Below, piece after piece: positions 52,353 to 64,000 of a stretch of 64,000 nucleotides of DNA. Source of the DNA: Bugula neritina. Lineage: Eukaryota; Animalia; Bryozoa. The DNA is taken from NCBI GenBank assembly GCA_964035545.1, contig OZ037768.1:186001-250000 (forward strand), read 5' to 3'. Numbering within the stretch: position 1 is the stretch's first letter; every line of letters starts with the position of its first letter. Made by a program: the position numbers and the translations under genes. The notes beneath the pieces are model-generated. The model did not search any database. It was not told the origin of the DNA and saw nothing but the letters and a program-made list of their open reading frames with translations.

Positions 52353-55300
52353 TCAAGCTGCAAAGTCTTCAATGACCTCTCTTTGATGCTGAACTTTCTC
52401 GTAGACATCAATGTCTGAGACTGACTCTGTGAGGTCATCAATACACGTGACTGGAAGGTCACGCTCCACGTCTGCGGTGCGGTTGTGAGAGGTCAGTGTA
52501 GAGCTGTTCTGGTAGAGCTCATTGTTCAACAGTTCAGTTGCGCCACTTTCAGACATAGGTGGATCTTGCTCCGGCATTCTGTCCAGACTCCCTCCAGTCA
52601 CACGTGTTAGCTCGTGTTCTACTGTATGGACGGGGACGTCTATTTGCACCTCCTCCGTTTGAGCTAGCATTCCTTCATTGTTAAAGCTAACACCAGGGTT
52701 GACGTGAGCGTCAGTGAATTTCTGACCTTGCCTTGACGGGCGAGTGGCGTCTGCTATAGAGAAGTGGGCGTAGTCTATGCTCAGTCTGGATCCACTCGTG
52801 TCACTCCCTAACTTCTCTTTCCTCTGGAAGAATCTTCTAAGTGGAGACAACTTCGTGGAAGCGGATTGGAGGAGTGTGTGAGTCTGGCTAGGCACGCTCT
52901 TTAGACCCTGACTGGCGGTAGAGAGCTTAGCTTGGTGAGTCTTGAAGAGCTGTGGTTGGTGCTGGTGCACCTACGTACACGAGGACACAACTCAGTGGAC
53001 TTACAATACCATATCTACAGTCTAGCGCTGTATCCTTCTACTCTCTATACTACAAACTATTAGAGTCACATCAGCTCACATGTAGTATATATATTTAGTT
53101 ATACTTGCCTTCAGTTGTCTAACATTCTGTGACTCAAACTCATTGAGAACTCGAGATATCATCTCCGTATTATAACTGGTGGTGGCTATACTTGGAGAAC
53201 TCGACTTGCCTTTTCCACTGTCTCGGGACATCGTAGAATCTGCAGAACGTTTGCTGTCCTAAAATTATGCTTAATATATTATATTATTTTCAATATACAC
53301 TGTAGGGTTTGTGCCTGCTTGCTAAAGCAGTGTCAATACCATACTTTCTTGTAATCTTATAGTTTATCATGACTCACAGTACAGTACTACATAGTCTATC
53401 ATGACTCATACTACAGTACAGTACTACATAGTCTATCATGACTCATACTACAGTACAGTACTACATAGTCTATCATGACTCATACTACAGTACAATACTA
53501 CATAGTCTATCATGACTCATACTACAGTACAATACTACATAGTCTATCATGACTCATACTACAGCACTACATAGTCTATCATGACTCATACTGCAGTACA
53601 GTACTACATAGTCTATCATGACTCATACTGCAGTACAATACTACATAGTCTATCATGAGTCATACTACAGTACAGTACTACATAGTCTATCATGACTCAT
53701 ACTGCAGTACAATACTACATAGTCTATCATGAGTCATACTACAGTACAGTACTACATAGTCTATCATGACTCATACTGCAGCACTACATAGTAACATGTC
53801 TCTATCATGACTCAAGTATGAAATTTACTGTAAAAAGCATTATAATGATACAAAAAGTAAAACGTTACTATAACTTTATTATGCGTCTTGTAACAGGTTT
53901 TTTATCCAACTTGTTAAACCCTGCAAGTTATATGCAAGTTTTGCACTAGAAGTAATTGATATCTTTCTCTTAACTTGTGATTGGTGGAATGCCACTCAAC
54001 TCATATGCTGGGTAAAAGAGGTTAATACAGGAGAACCGATACACCACGTTTTTCATATCACTAACCGTAGGGTTTCTTTCACTGAAGGTAAAGTTGCTGC
54101 TAACATTGAAGTCTCCAAGTGACAAGCTCCTAAAGGAAATCAACACACACTGATACTCGCATCAAAATTGAAAACAAAAATGTGATAAAATAGAAGTAGA
54201 ATAAAAGAGTACAATAGTTTGCTGCGAGTTAGAGCGTCTTCCATTACCTCGTCACTCTGCGAGTTGGATTCTTCCTCGTGCTGTTGATACTCGACTGCCT
54301 TTCCACTCGCTTCACTTTCAAACTCTTCTGAGTTTCAGCTGACTTGCTGCACCTCAACATGACGGCAGCAACAGCCACTACGGCAGCAACCACTGCTAGG
54401 AAGACGATTCCCGCTATCACATAAGGAAGGTGTGTCTGCGCTAACCTAACCCTCTGGGTTGTGGTGTAACTAGGCAAAGTTTTCACTGTCTCTTCCACAT
54501 CTTCTGTTACTATGTAATAATATATTCATCTAGATAACTCGTATACTATGCTAAAATTTATTCAAAACCTTTTAACCGAAAATATTGCTGAAAATGCTGT
54601 AAGTTTCTGACAATTAACCTTCATTTTTATCTGACCTTAATAAGAATAAAGGTGACTTATTACAATAATATACTCTCACTAAGATTCTAAGGTAACAGTG
54701 AAGTTATAAACAATATATTAGACTGCATTTCAGCTGCGTGTAAGTCACATGAGCTATTGCCATACGCTAGTCAATGAGATCTAATAACAATGCACCTCTC
54801 TGGAATCCGTGTATCTTGAGAGGGAGACACAGGCTAATAGACTGAGAGTCACAGGCAAAGTTCACTGCAAGTACTCGGCCAGCAATAGCAGAAGCCCCGT
54901 CAGCTTTACCAGATTCTGAGCTAACTTCACTGAACTGTAACAAAGTTCATTCTATTTATATACATGCAATGATCTCTACTCCATATACACTCTGATCTCT
55001 ATATAAATATACACTGTAGTATATGTGATTAGACCCACCTCGAGGTAGGTTCTGTTTGTTTTGAGGTGAGTAAAAGCGGTGAGTCGAGGTGAGTCTAGCT
55101 CAGCGTACCCGGCAACTGTTTCATACTGCGTGGACACTACAACCGGCTGTGGGCAGTTCAACAGTTCGGCTACAGAAGTTCCGGTTTGCTTCTCCATCAC
55201 TTTGAGAGAAAGAATAAATAATGGAGATATACAGGTCACCTGGTAACTTAGTATATAAGTGGTGGGGGAGAAGTAAACAATTAATTTACCTGGTAACTTA

Positions 55301-56236
55301 GGAGTGACGGAGAGAGTGGAAGATAGTAGAATGGTGAATATTCCATGATCTGTCCCTGCTCTGTCTGATAGGGTGAGGTTGTTGCAATCTGCAGTGATTA
55401 TAATAACAGATACCTGTAGGTAGTGTCAACTTGTGAGTATATTTACAAGAAGCAATTGACGGCTCTCTAGCATATGTCACAAGGTGCATTGAATGCTCCA
55501 GCCTATCTAAGAGGCACCTGCTTTCACCAGAACTTACTTGACAGTGTCTTTATTATGAGCTGTCAGACTGTAAGGTTGTCATCTTATTTAAAGAGCACCT
55601 GCACTGGTATCTGAGTATACTAACTGAACCTACCTGACAGTTCTCTGACACATGCCATCAGGTGGACAGAGAAAGTTGGCCTGTCTAAAGGGCACCTGCA
55701 CTGACACGAATTAGCTGTCACATCTTCAGCATTATATTTCTCACTGCAGTCTTTACTTCTGCAAACTGCATTAGCGGTGAACCTGCAAATTCATAGCAAA
55801 GAGTTGAGTAGAATCTGACAGGAGTTGGTTCCCTCAGTTTCCTTGTTTCCCTCAGTTTACTGTATATTAGTGTCAGCACACATCAGGGGAAGGTAACTCT
55901 AAGAAACTATAATATAGTATCAGAACTTAGTATTATAAAGATAGACTCTAAAAACAATAACTGATTTCAAATTCTATGAAAGGGAGATTGTTGAAAAATT
56001 GATGCTTTTTCAGAAGACTTTGATACTCAATAAAAACTTGGCAAACTTTAAAAACATGATTGGCTTCTCCAAGTAAAAGCTTCTATAAAATGAGTCAATC
56101 ATTTGAATTTATACAAGTGGCACAGAGAGTAACAGTCTTACCTGTCAGAGTCCAGCCCACTTGTCCTCTGAATAACCAGTTCGGCAGCACTAACGGCAGC
56201 ATACAGAGTAACTCCTAGCATCAGATGTAATTTCAT
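52353..56236 (-). CDS. Shavenoid-like type I membrane protein; exons about 56236-56142, 55782-55634, 55388-55290, 55199-55039, 54935-54797, 54508-54248, 54129-54045, 53258-53109, 52970-52353
   Basis: Signal peptide MKLHLMLGVTLYAAVSA; LVIQR...DRF...CQCRCPLDRPTF...ACV; RTYLE...GRVLAVNFAC...CLPLKIHG recalls the shavenoid ectodomain (from memory of the family); TM LPYVIAGIVFLAVVAAVVAVAAVML; disordered tail. Confidence 0.65.
53365..53815. repeat. About 33-bp intronic minisatellite tctatcatgactcatactacagtacagtactacatag
   Basis: Seen directly. Confidence 0.9.
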
Positions 56237-56547
56237 CTTACATCTAAACTGTGTATAACATACACTGTGTTGACAAACAGGCATTCGTGTTAGACAGGAT
56301 TAATTACCATGTTACAGGAGTCAATGTTGTAACAGTAACTATTAATAAACAAATACTCCACTTCACCCTCACCTGCTGTCAGTTGCCGTAATGAACCGAC
56401 TTTGATGTCACTTTGTCCTTCTGCTGAATCAATGCAGTGTGTCATGTTTAATGATTTGGGAATCACATTGTATTGTTTATATGCATTCAGCTAATTATTG
56501 ATTTATATGTTCAATAATATTGTCTGTGATGTTAATAACTGAAGCAT

Positions 56548-56720
56548 GTCTAGTAACTTACCCTTTGTTTAGTAACTTACCCTTTGTATAGTAACTTACC
56601 TTTGTCTGGTAACTTACCCTTTGTCTAGTAACTTACCTTTGTCTGGTAACTTACCCTTTGTCTAGTAACTTACCCTTTGTCTGGTAACTTACCCTTTGTC
56701 TGGTAACTTACTTTTATCTA
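56548..56720 (-). repeat. 19-20-bp donor-motif minisatellite (tagacaaagg|gtaagttac), about 8 copies
   Basis: Probably at the donor of a 5' UTR exon of the shavenoid-like gene. Confidence 0.75.
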
Positions 56721-57717
56721 GCAAACTTTGTGAATAGAATGTTCAACACACGAGGCTGGAAGTTGGCACTAAAACCATTCAAAGCAAGCACAAGAGGTAG
56801 AAGATTGTAAAGCGACAAAAATACACTGAACAAGCACACAGCTGCTACTGTAAAGCTGGTATTGCAAGGCTGGTAAACTGTGTAGTGTATTGTTTAAATA
56901 GCATACGCTATAACCACTAAGTATAAATAAAATCTTAGCATTTTCTGTTGTTACATTTTAACTGCAAAATATTTTTTACATGCTTGCTTCGCTTTAAAAT
57001 AGTCATCATATTTATTTATTTTAAGATTTTTATAATATAGATAATACAGTAATACCCTGAATGTACCTGATTGTATTGTAGGCTATATAGCTATATTTGG
57101 CATATGCAAAATGCATTCCAATATTAATTTCAATTCTATAAATAAACACTTAAAGGCTAATAATGCAAGTACATTATATAACTTGAAAATTCTTGCTTTG
57201 TGTTTAAAATCCACAAATAAACTTTTCATTCCAAAATGTTACATAACTTTTTCTAGTTTCAATAAAGCTACTAATGCTTAGATATTAGCCGCAGAGTAAA
57301 ATGCTTATTTGATAGAGAAATAATGGGTGTAGCACTTTCAAGGGGCACAGTATGTATGTCTTACAGATGAGGTTGTTATCAATAGATAGATAGATCATAC
57401 AATGTGCAATATTCTGTCATACCTAAAGAGTATTCCCAGTAATTTTACTATTTTAATAATATGCCAACTCCTACTGTTTGTTGACATCTACACACTATTT
57501 TACTCTCCACACTCCAATTATTACTGAAGAAGAATACTCAAACATATTATAGTAAAGTGCTGCACTAATGCTGGGGAGACAACTTCAACAGCTACTCAGA
57601 CAAAGCTTGTTTATCACTCAAAGTGACCATATATCATGCATACCAGCACAAAAAGCAAACAACACTGCAAATTACTTTAAACTACAAATTCATTTTTTAT
57701 CTGTGACGGCTTGAGTG

Positions 57718-57910
57718 CTAGCAGGTAAAATACTGATACTTGCAGGTAAAATACTGATCATACTTGCAGGTAAAATACTGATACTTGCAGGTAAACTACT
57801 GGTACTTGCAGGTAAACTACTGATACTTGCAGGTAAAATACTGATACTTGCAGGTAAACTACTGGTACTTGCAGGTAAACTACTGATAGTTGCAGGTAAA
57901 ATACCGATAC
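57718..57910 (+). repeat. About 21-bp minisatellite tacttgcaggtaaaatactga (CAG|GTAA motif)
   Basis: Seen directly. Confidence 0.85.
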
Positions 57911-58126
57911 TCATAAATCCTTATGAAAGCAATTTTTATTATAAATTCAAATTCAAATTGAAAAGGGGAGTTCAATGAACAATTTGACTTAATAATTTTG
58001 TCAAGAATTTCCTTGAATAAAAGACTGCAGAATAGTGAAAAATAGATGTTTGTGTAATTGTTTGCTCTGTGGAGTTACATAACATAGCTGACCGGTAGAT
58101 ATTACACCATCTGTCAGCAGGAGTAC

Positions 58127-58786
58127 ACTATACTGTCAACAGATGAGATGTAGTGTAGCTCATACTATATTGTCAACAAGTGAGATGTAGTATATATCAT
58201 ACTATACTGTCAACAGATGAGATGTAGTATAGCTCATACTATACTGTCAACAGATGAGATGTAGTATATATCATACTATACTGTCAACAGATGAGATGTA
58301 GTATATATCATACTATACTGTCAACAGATGAGGTGTAGTATATATCATACTATACTGTCAACAGATGAGATGTAGTATAGCTCATACTATACTGTCAACA
58401 GATGAGATGTAGTATATATCATACTATACTGTCAACAGATGAGATGTAGTATAGCTCATACTATACTGTCAACAGATGAGATGTAGTATATATCATACTA
58501 TACTGTCAACAGATGAGATGTAGTATAGCTCATACTATACTGTCAACAGATGAGATGTAGTATATATCATACTATACTGTCAACAGATGAGATGTAGTAT
58601 AGCTCATACTACACTGTCAACAGATAAGGTGTAGTATATATCATACTATACTGTCAACAGATGAGATGTAGTATATATCATACTATACTGTCAACAGATG
58701 AGATGTAGTATATATCATACTATACTGTCAACAGATAAGGTGTAGTATATATCATACTATACTGTCAACAGATGAGATGTAGTATA
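58127..58786. repeat. 37-bp minisatellite tactatactgtcaacagatgagatgtagtatatatca, about 18 copies
   Basis: Seen directly. Confidence 0.92.
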
Positions 58787-60401
58787 ATAGCTCATATTGT
58801 AACAGAGTTCCATGCATATCGGGTTGACATTTGCTATAATTACCCAACAGTATACAAACTTGCCCTTAGATAACAATAATAATTATTTAGAATTTTCGCC
58901 CAGGTCAAAGTTCAAGTTGATAAAGTTGGTTCTTAACTAGATATTGCATACTTGAAACCTTTGCACACAAATACTCCGCTTATCACCAATAGCTCTACAA
59001 GGTTTGCGTCTACAAGTCAAGCCAAGTATGTATACATGACTTACCATTCTCAGTTTAAACAAAGTCTGAAACTCGAACAGCCTGACCTAGTAATCCTTGC
59101 AGAACTGTTCCTCACCTCACGAATACACAAATATCATAGGAAAGCATGTGGAGTCCCAGTATAACTGTTTATTGACGCTCATGAATCTATTCAAGTTGGC
59201 TTTTTATTGATAAAATTCACCATATAAAATTTATAGGTTCAGCTAGAAATGTAACTAGTTGAAAAATGCTACAAACTCTACTAACAGCTATTTAATTGCA
59301 AAGATAAAAGTAATTGAATTTGAAGAAAACATTTTTTGAACTGAACGAAATTTGCGGATAATAATTATTTTATTTTTAAACATTTACAATTCAACAAATC
59401 ATGTAACTTTTTATCACCATAAGGATATAAAACAAGAAAGCATACAATTTGTATATATAGTATGTTTAGATAAGTTGAAATAGTGTTTATATATTCAACA
59501 AGCTGGCCTCCCATTAGAGTACTCAGAAGGCCGTAACTTTACACAGTCAGCCCTTGGCTATGGCTACTAGCTAACATATCTTGTTGCAGTTTCTTGCTAT
59601 AACTATCAAATTTAGCTCTTCAGTTCTTTTTAAAAGCCCTCAAACTAACTAGGCATATAGTGAGAGGCACAGTGTTCAACCCACCTAAACACCTTATCAC
59701 TATGTAGGCCTATTCCCTTATCTTGAGGTGTTATGTTATCATGAGGTGTTCTCACAGCAATGGAAACTTCCAACAAATGTGAGTTTTCAATTTGTTCCCA
59801 GCAACAATCTTCAAGTTGTTAGATAAAAGTGGACTTTGATCTTTATATTTACTTAAAATATTAAGTTGAACTATACTCCTTATGTAATTGGTCAGTTTAC
59901 TCGCCATTTGCCAATGAAAATTAACTTCTTAACAACCCTAAAAAATCCACTATTACTTATTGGCAGAAAGTGAACACACACTGCTGGGAGAGAGTTCAGG
60001 GAGCAGAGATTAAATATCATAAGTAAGTAAAGTGAAACATAATATTTACTTATCCAAATATCTCATCTCTTGCATCTGCCTGCTTATATTAAGTTACCTT
60101 CTCGTGTTTGACTCATTCAAATCAAATGAATTACATAATATAATTACTTTGGCTTTACAACAGAATTAGCCACAAATATTAGTTGGCATTTGAGTCATTA
60201 ACACACAAATCAAATATCACCTAATGAAACATTTAGATATACCATTATTGAGGTGTTGTCAGTTGTCTATACTCCACAGTCTACATGGTATGATAAGAGG
60301 GAGATCAAGAAGTTACATTTCCCAAAGAATAAACTGTATTATGAATATCTTTGTTTAAATAGCTGTTGAGTTACACTCGTGTCTATTTTTAATGTAGAAA
60401 C

Positions 60402-60608
60402 TCAAGGAGTTACACAGTCAAGGAGTTACACAGTCAAGGAGTTACACAGTCAAGGAGTTACACAGTCAAGGAGCTACACAGCCAAGGAGTTACACAGCCA
60501 AGGAGTTACACAGTCAAGGAGTTACACAGTCAAGGAGTTACACAGTCAAGGAGTTACACAGTCAAGGAGTTACACAGTCACGGAGTTACACAGTCAAGGA
60601 GTTACACA
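60402..60608 (+). repeat. 16-bp minisatellite caaggagttacacagt between an acceptor (about 60397) and the TRIM ATG
   Basis: Seen directly. Confidence 0.88.
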
Positions 60609-60615
60609 CTCAACA

Positions 60616-63279
60616 ATGGCTGACTCCAGACCTCAGGTTGTTAAGAAGAGAGTTACTGGAACATATAGATGTGGATATTGTTGCCACCACTTTGATAAGT
60701 TGGGGGATCCCAGGACCCTCCCCTGTCTCCATGTCTATTGCATGAGATGCTTGACTACAGATGTTGGCTACAGGAAAGATCATATCAAGTGTGCCTATTG
60801 TAGGTAAGTTACAGTACATATTGTAGGTAAGTTACAGTACATACTGTAGGTAAGTTACAGTACATATTGTAGGTAAGTTACAGTACATACTGTAGGTAAG
60901 TTACAGTACATACTGTAGGTAAGTTACAGTACATACTGTAGGTAAGTTACAGTACATACTGTAGGTAAGTTACAGTACATACTGTAGGTAAGTTACAGTA
61001 CATATTGTAGGTAAGTTACAGTACATACTGTAGGTAGGTTACAGTGCATACTGTAGGTAAGTTACAGTAGGTAAGAGACATTACATTTATATGTTTCAGT
61101 ATGATACATTTCATCACTGATCCCACAACGCTGCCTAAGTCTAACCTGGGTGACCCCCTGGAAATGGAAAAAGAACCAAAAGCAAAACTAACTCATTGTG
61201 ACTTGTGTGACAGCGAGCCAATCAGAAAGGCTGTTACATTCTGTGTAGTGAACCAGAAGAAACTGTGCAGACAGCACAAGGAGGTATAAATAGTATTGTT
61301 CTCTATTAGTGAGTAATATGATCTATTATTAGAACATTTCTAGAAAACAGATATCTATAGCATGCTATGTTGCTGAACTATTCACAGTTATATTCAATTA
61401 TTCTACTAACTACTAGCTACTAACTACTAGTCTACCGACTACTAACTACTAACTACTAGCTACTAACGACTGACTAGTAGCTACTAGTCTACTAACTACT
61501 AACTACTAGTCTACTAACTACTAACTAGTAACTACTAGCTACTATAATATTATAGGAACATGAGAGAGTCATGCAGACGTACATGGATACTCAAAGTCTC
61601 TTCATCCCCATTGACCTCTATTTGTCATCACCACAGAGATATGTGAATGTCAAATGTAGACATCATCAACATCACCAACTGATAGAAGCTTGTTCTGTGT
61701 GTCACCAGATATTATGTGAAAGATGTGACTCCAAGACCAAATGTGGAGGTGTGGAGGGTAAGTAGTCTCTAATATCCATGTTACTGTTTTAAGTATGATT
61801 CCAGTTTTATCAATATATTTCATATAACTTACTTCTCCAAGGTGACGAGTCAGTGTCTCACAAGATTCAGTCTTTGCACAGCGTATCCAGTGAGTTGAGA
61901 AAAAGTCTGACTGAGAACATGGAGGTTCTGTCTAGAAGTATTTCAGCATTAAATGATTTGTCGAAAGAGGCTTTGAAACAGCAGGCCAAAGTGAAAGAAG
62001 ATGCTAAGGAAATGATAGCAAGAGTTGATAGCATTGCCACTGCTAAGGTACACTAACTAATAATTTTATGTTGTGTTAAAGGATTGCTCTATCTTGTCTA
62101 ATAAATGGCCATTTAGGTCAAACACACATAATATTGTGTTTTTCTAAGCATGCATTGACAAAAAGCATTTGACCAAAGGTAGAAAAAGTTAGTTGAAGTT
62201 GAGGGTGTAGATTGGTAACAGCCAAAACGCCGATTTTGAAATGAGCTGGGAAATGTGACGTAACAGCGCCAGCATTCCTGCTGGTCACGTGACTATACAA
62301 ATGAATAACTATAGAAATATGACTGTGAGATGTGATCTTTCAGCTCGCAATTTGTATATTTATAGAAGTGCAAATGTGAATTATCTCAATCTATAGTTTT
62401 TTGACATGTTAAATAACATGTATGTGATAACATTAGGCCATATTTTGCTTGTAAACATAGAAAAAAGCATTGCAAAAACATGCATTCTTTAGGATGAATG
62501 CCTGCGATCGATCTAAACTAGGTCAGATTGTGCAATATTACGGGCGCACCAAAGCTGACCTATATAGCGCACTGTAACTGCTTGAGCGTTATTGGTTGAT
62601 GTTGCGCTCAGCAACCTTGAATACTAGCGTTATAGTTAGCACGTGCAGCAAAGTTACTGGCGTTCACACGTCACGTATTAGGCTATTCTTTTTCATGGCT
62701 GAAAATTTTACCTCCCTTAAAATTGGAATTTTGAAAAGCTGTTTTCTAGGCATATATCCCTTTGCAAAGTCACAATTGTTTGCATACACATTAGATTATA
62801 GTTCATAATTATAATGAAATTGTAATAAACTAAGATAGAGCAATCCTTTAAGAAAGGATGAGACTGGTCACATGACTGCCAGTCGTCTGCTGTGTGTAAA
62901 GTATCACGTGATGTAGTCATTGTGTACTCAGTGGGTGACCTATCAGCTGTTACTAATACAGTACAAGCGTAGAGGTTGTGAGGTGCAGATGAAGTCCTGA
63001 TGTCTTACTGTTTATTAGATAGAAGAGATTAGAGATCAAGCACAGAAGTTAAAAGAGGAAATACTGGAGTATGTTAGAGACAGTACAGAGATAGTAGACA
63101 ACTATAGGATTGAGTTGGCGTGGGACAAGACATTAGGCAAGTTGAATCTTCAAGACTCTGTACAGCACATGGTGGATAAATTCAATGAAGCAGATATTGT
63201 CAAAGTCTACGAGAAGAAAACCAAAGAAATGGAAGATGCTTCAGACATCAGTATGATTGAGAGATGTTCGGTTCCTCGT

Positions 63280-63298
<19 letters not shown>
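60616..63298 (+). CDS. TRIM (RBCC) E3 ligase, 5' part: RING, B-box1, B-box2, coiled coil; exons 60616-60803, 61100-61283, 61556-61757, 61842-62047, 63019-63298; continues beyond the window
   Basis: CGYC...PRTLPCLHVYCMRC...CAYC (C3HC4 RING); CDLC...FC...LCRQH; CRHH...CSVCHQILCERC; heptad region; phases consistent. Confidence 0.88.
60799..61075 (+). repeat. 23-bp minisatellite tgtag|gtaagttacagtacatac, about 12 copies, starting at the TRIM exon-1 donor
   Basis: First unit contains the true donor at 60803/60804. Confidence 0.92.
62080..62847. mobile_element. Non-autonomous Kolobok-type DNA transposon (MITE) in TRIM intron 4
   Basis: Perfect 16-bp TIR aggattgctctatctt / aagatagagcaatcct; TTAA TSD at 62076-62079 and 62848-62851; AG...CT termini fit Kolobok rather than piggyBac (CC...GG). 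Confidence 0.85.
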
Positions 63299-63726
<428 letters not shown>

Positions 63727-64000
63727 TGATAAAATTAGTAACTGTAATATAACTATTATTCTATCACGGCACAAATGATCTAACTATATAATATTATACT
63801 ATATAATATTATATAACTTCCCAGCATCAATAGGCAGAAAATTTAGTGCTTTTTATAACTACTGCTCTATAATGCTAGTGGACTCTCAAATGCTACAAGC
63901 TGTTGTCCTCCCTTGTCTGTCACAACATAGTCCTATTTACACAGTAGATATTATGTTATCAGTCAAATATATTTACCTGCAGCACATATTAGAGTTGATA

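Overview
AT-rich, intron-containing animal DNA, probably a marine invertebrate (inferred from gene and transposon content; species not determinable here). In order: (1-3.8 kb) three truncated Penelope-like elements with C-terminal GIY-YIG endonuclease, sitting in (TA)n tracts, with five minimal hammerhead ribozyme motifs in their pseudo-LTRs; (4.2-7.1 kb) a WSCD-family-like type II membrane sulfotransferase; (7.4-12.25 kb) an intact young Ty3/Gypsy (Mag-like) LTR retrotransposon with 5-bp TSD; (12.6-19 kb) a minus-strand gene of unknown function made of symmetric phase-1 exons; (20.6-44.3 kb) a head-to-tail segmental duplication (about 14.1 + 9.6 kb), each copy holding an intact 9-exon gene for an unrecognised 491-aa secreted precursor with dibasic cleavage and amidation sites, plus exons of an NHL-like beta-propeller gene; (45.7-49.1 kb) a CDYL-like crotonase gene with no visible chromodomain; (52.3-56.2 kb) a shavenoid-like type I membrane protein; (60.6 kb to end) the 5' part of a TRIM gene with a Kolobok-type MITE in an intron. 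The most striking pattern is that many intronic minisatellites, each with a different unit, start exactly at an exon/intron junction and reiterate the splice donor (sometimes donor plus acceptor) up to about 74 times. The duplicated segment shows such arrays before and after expansion. All gene models were spliced by hand from GT/GC-AG signals and reading-frame phase and are not confirmed by transcripts.
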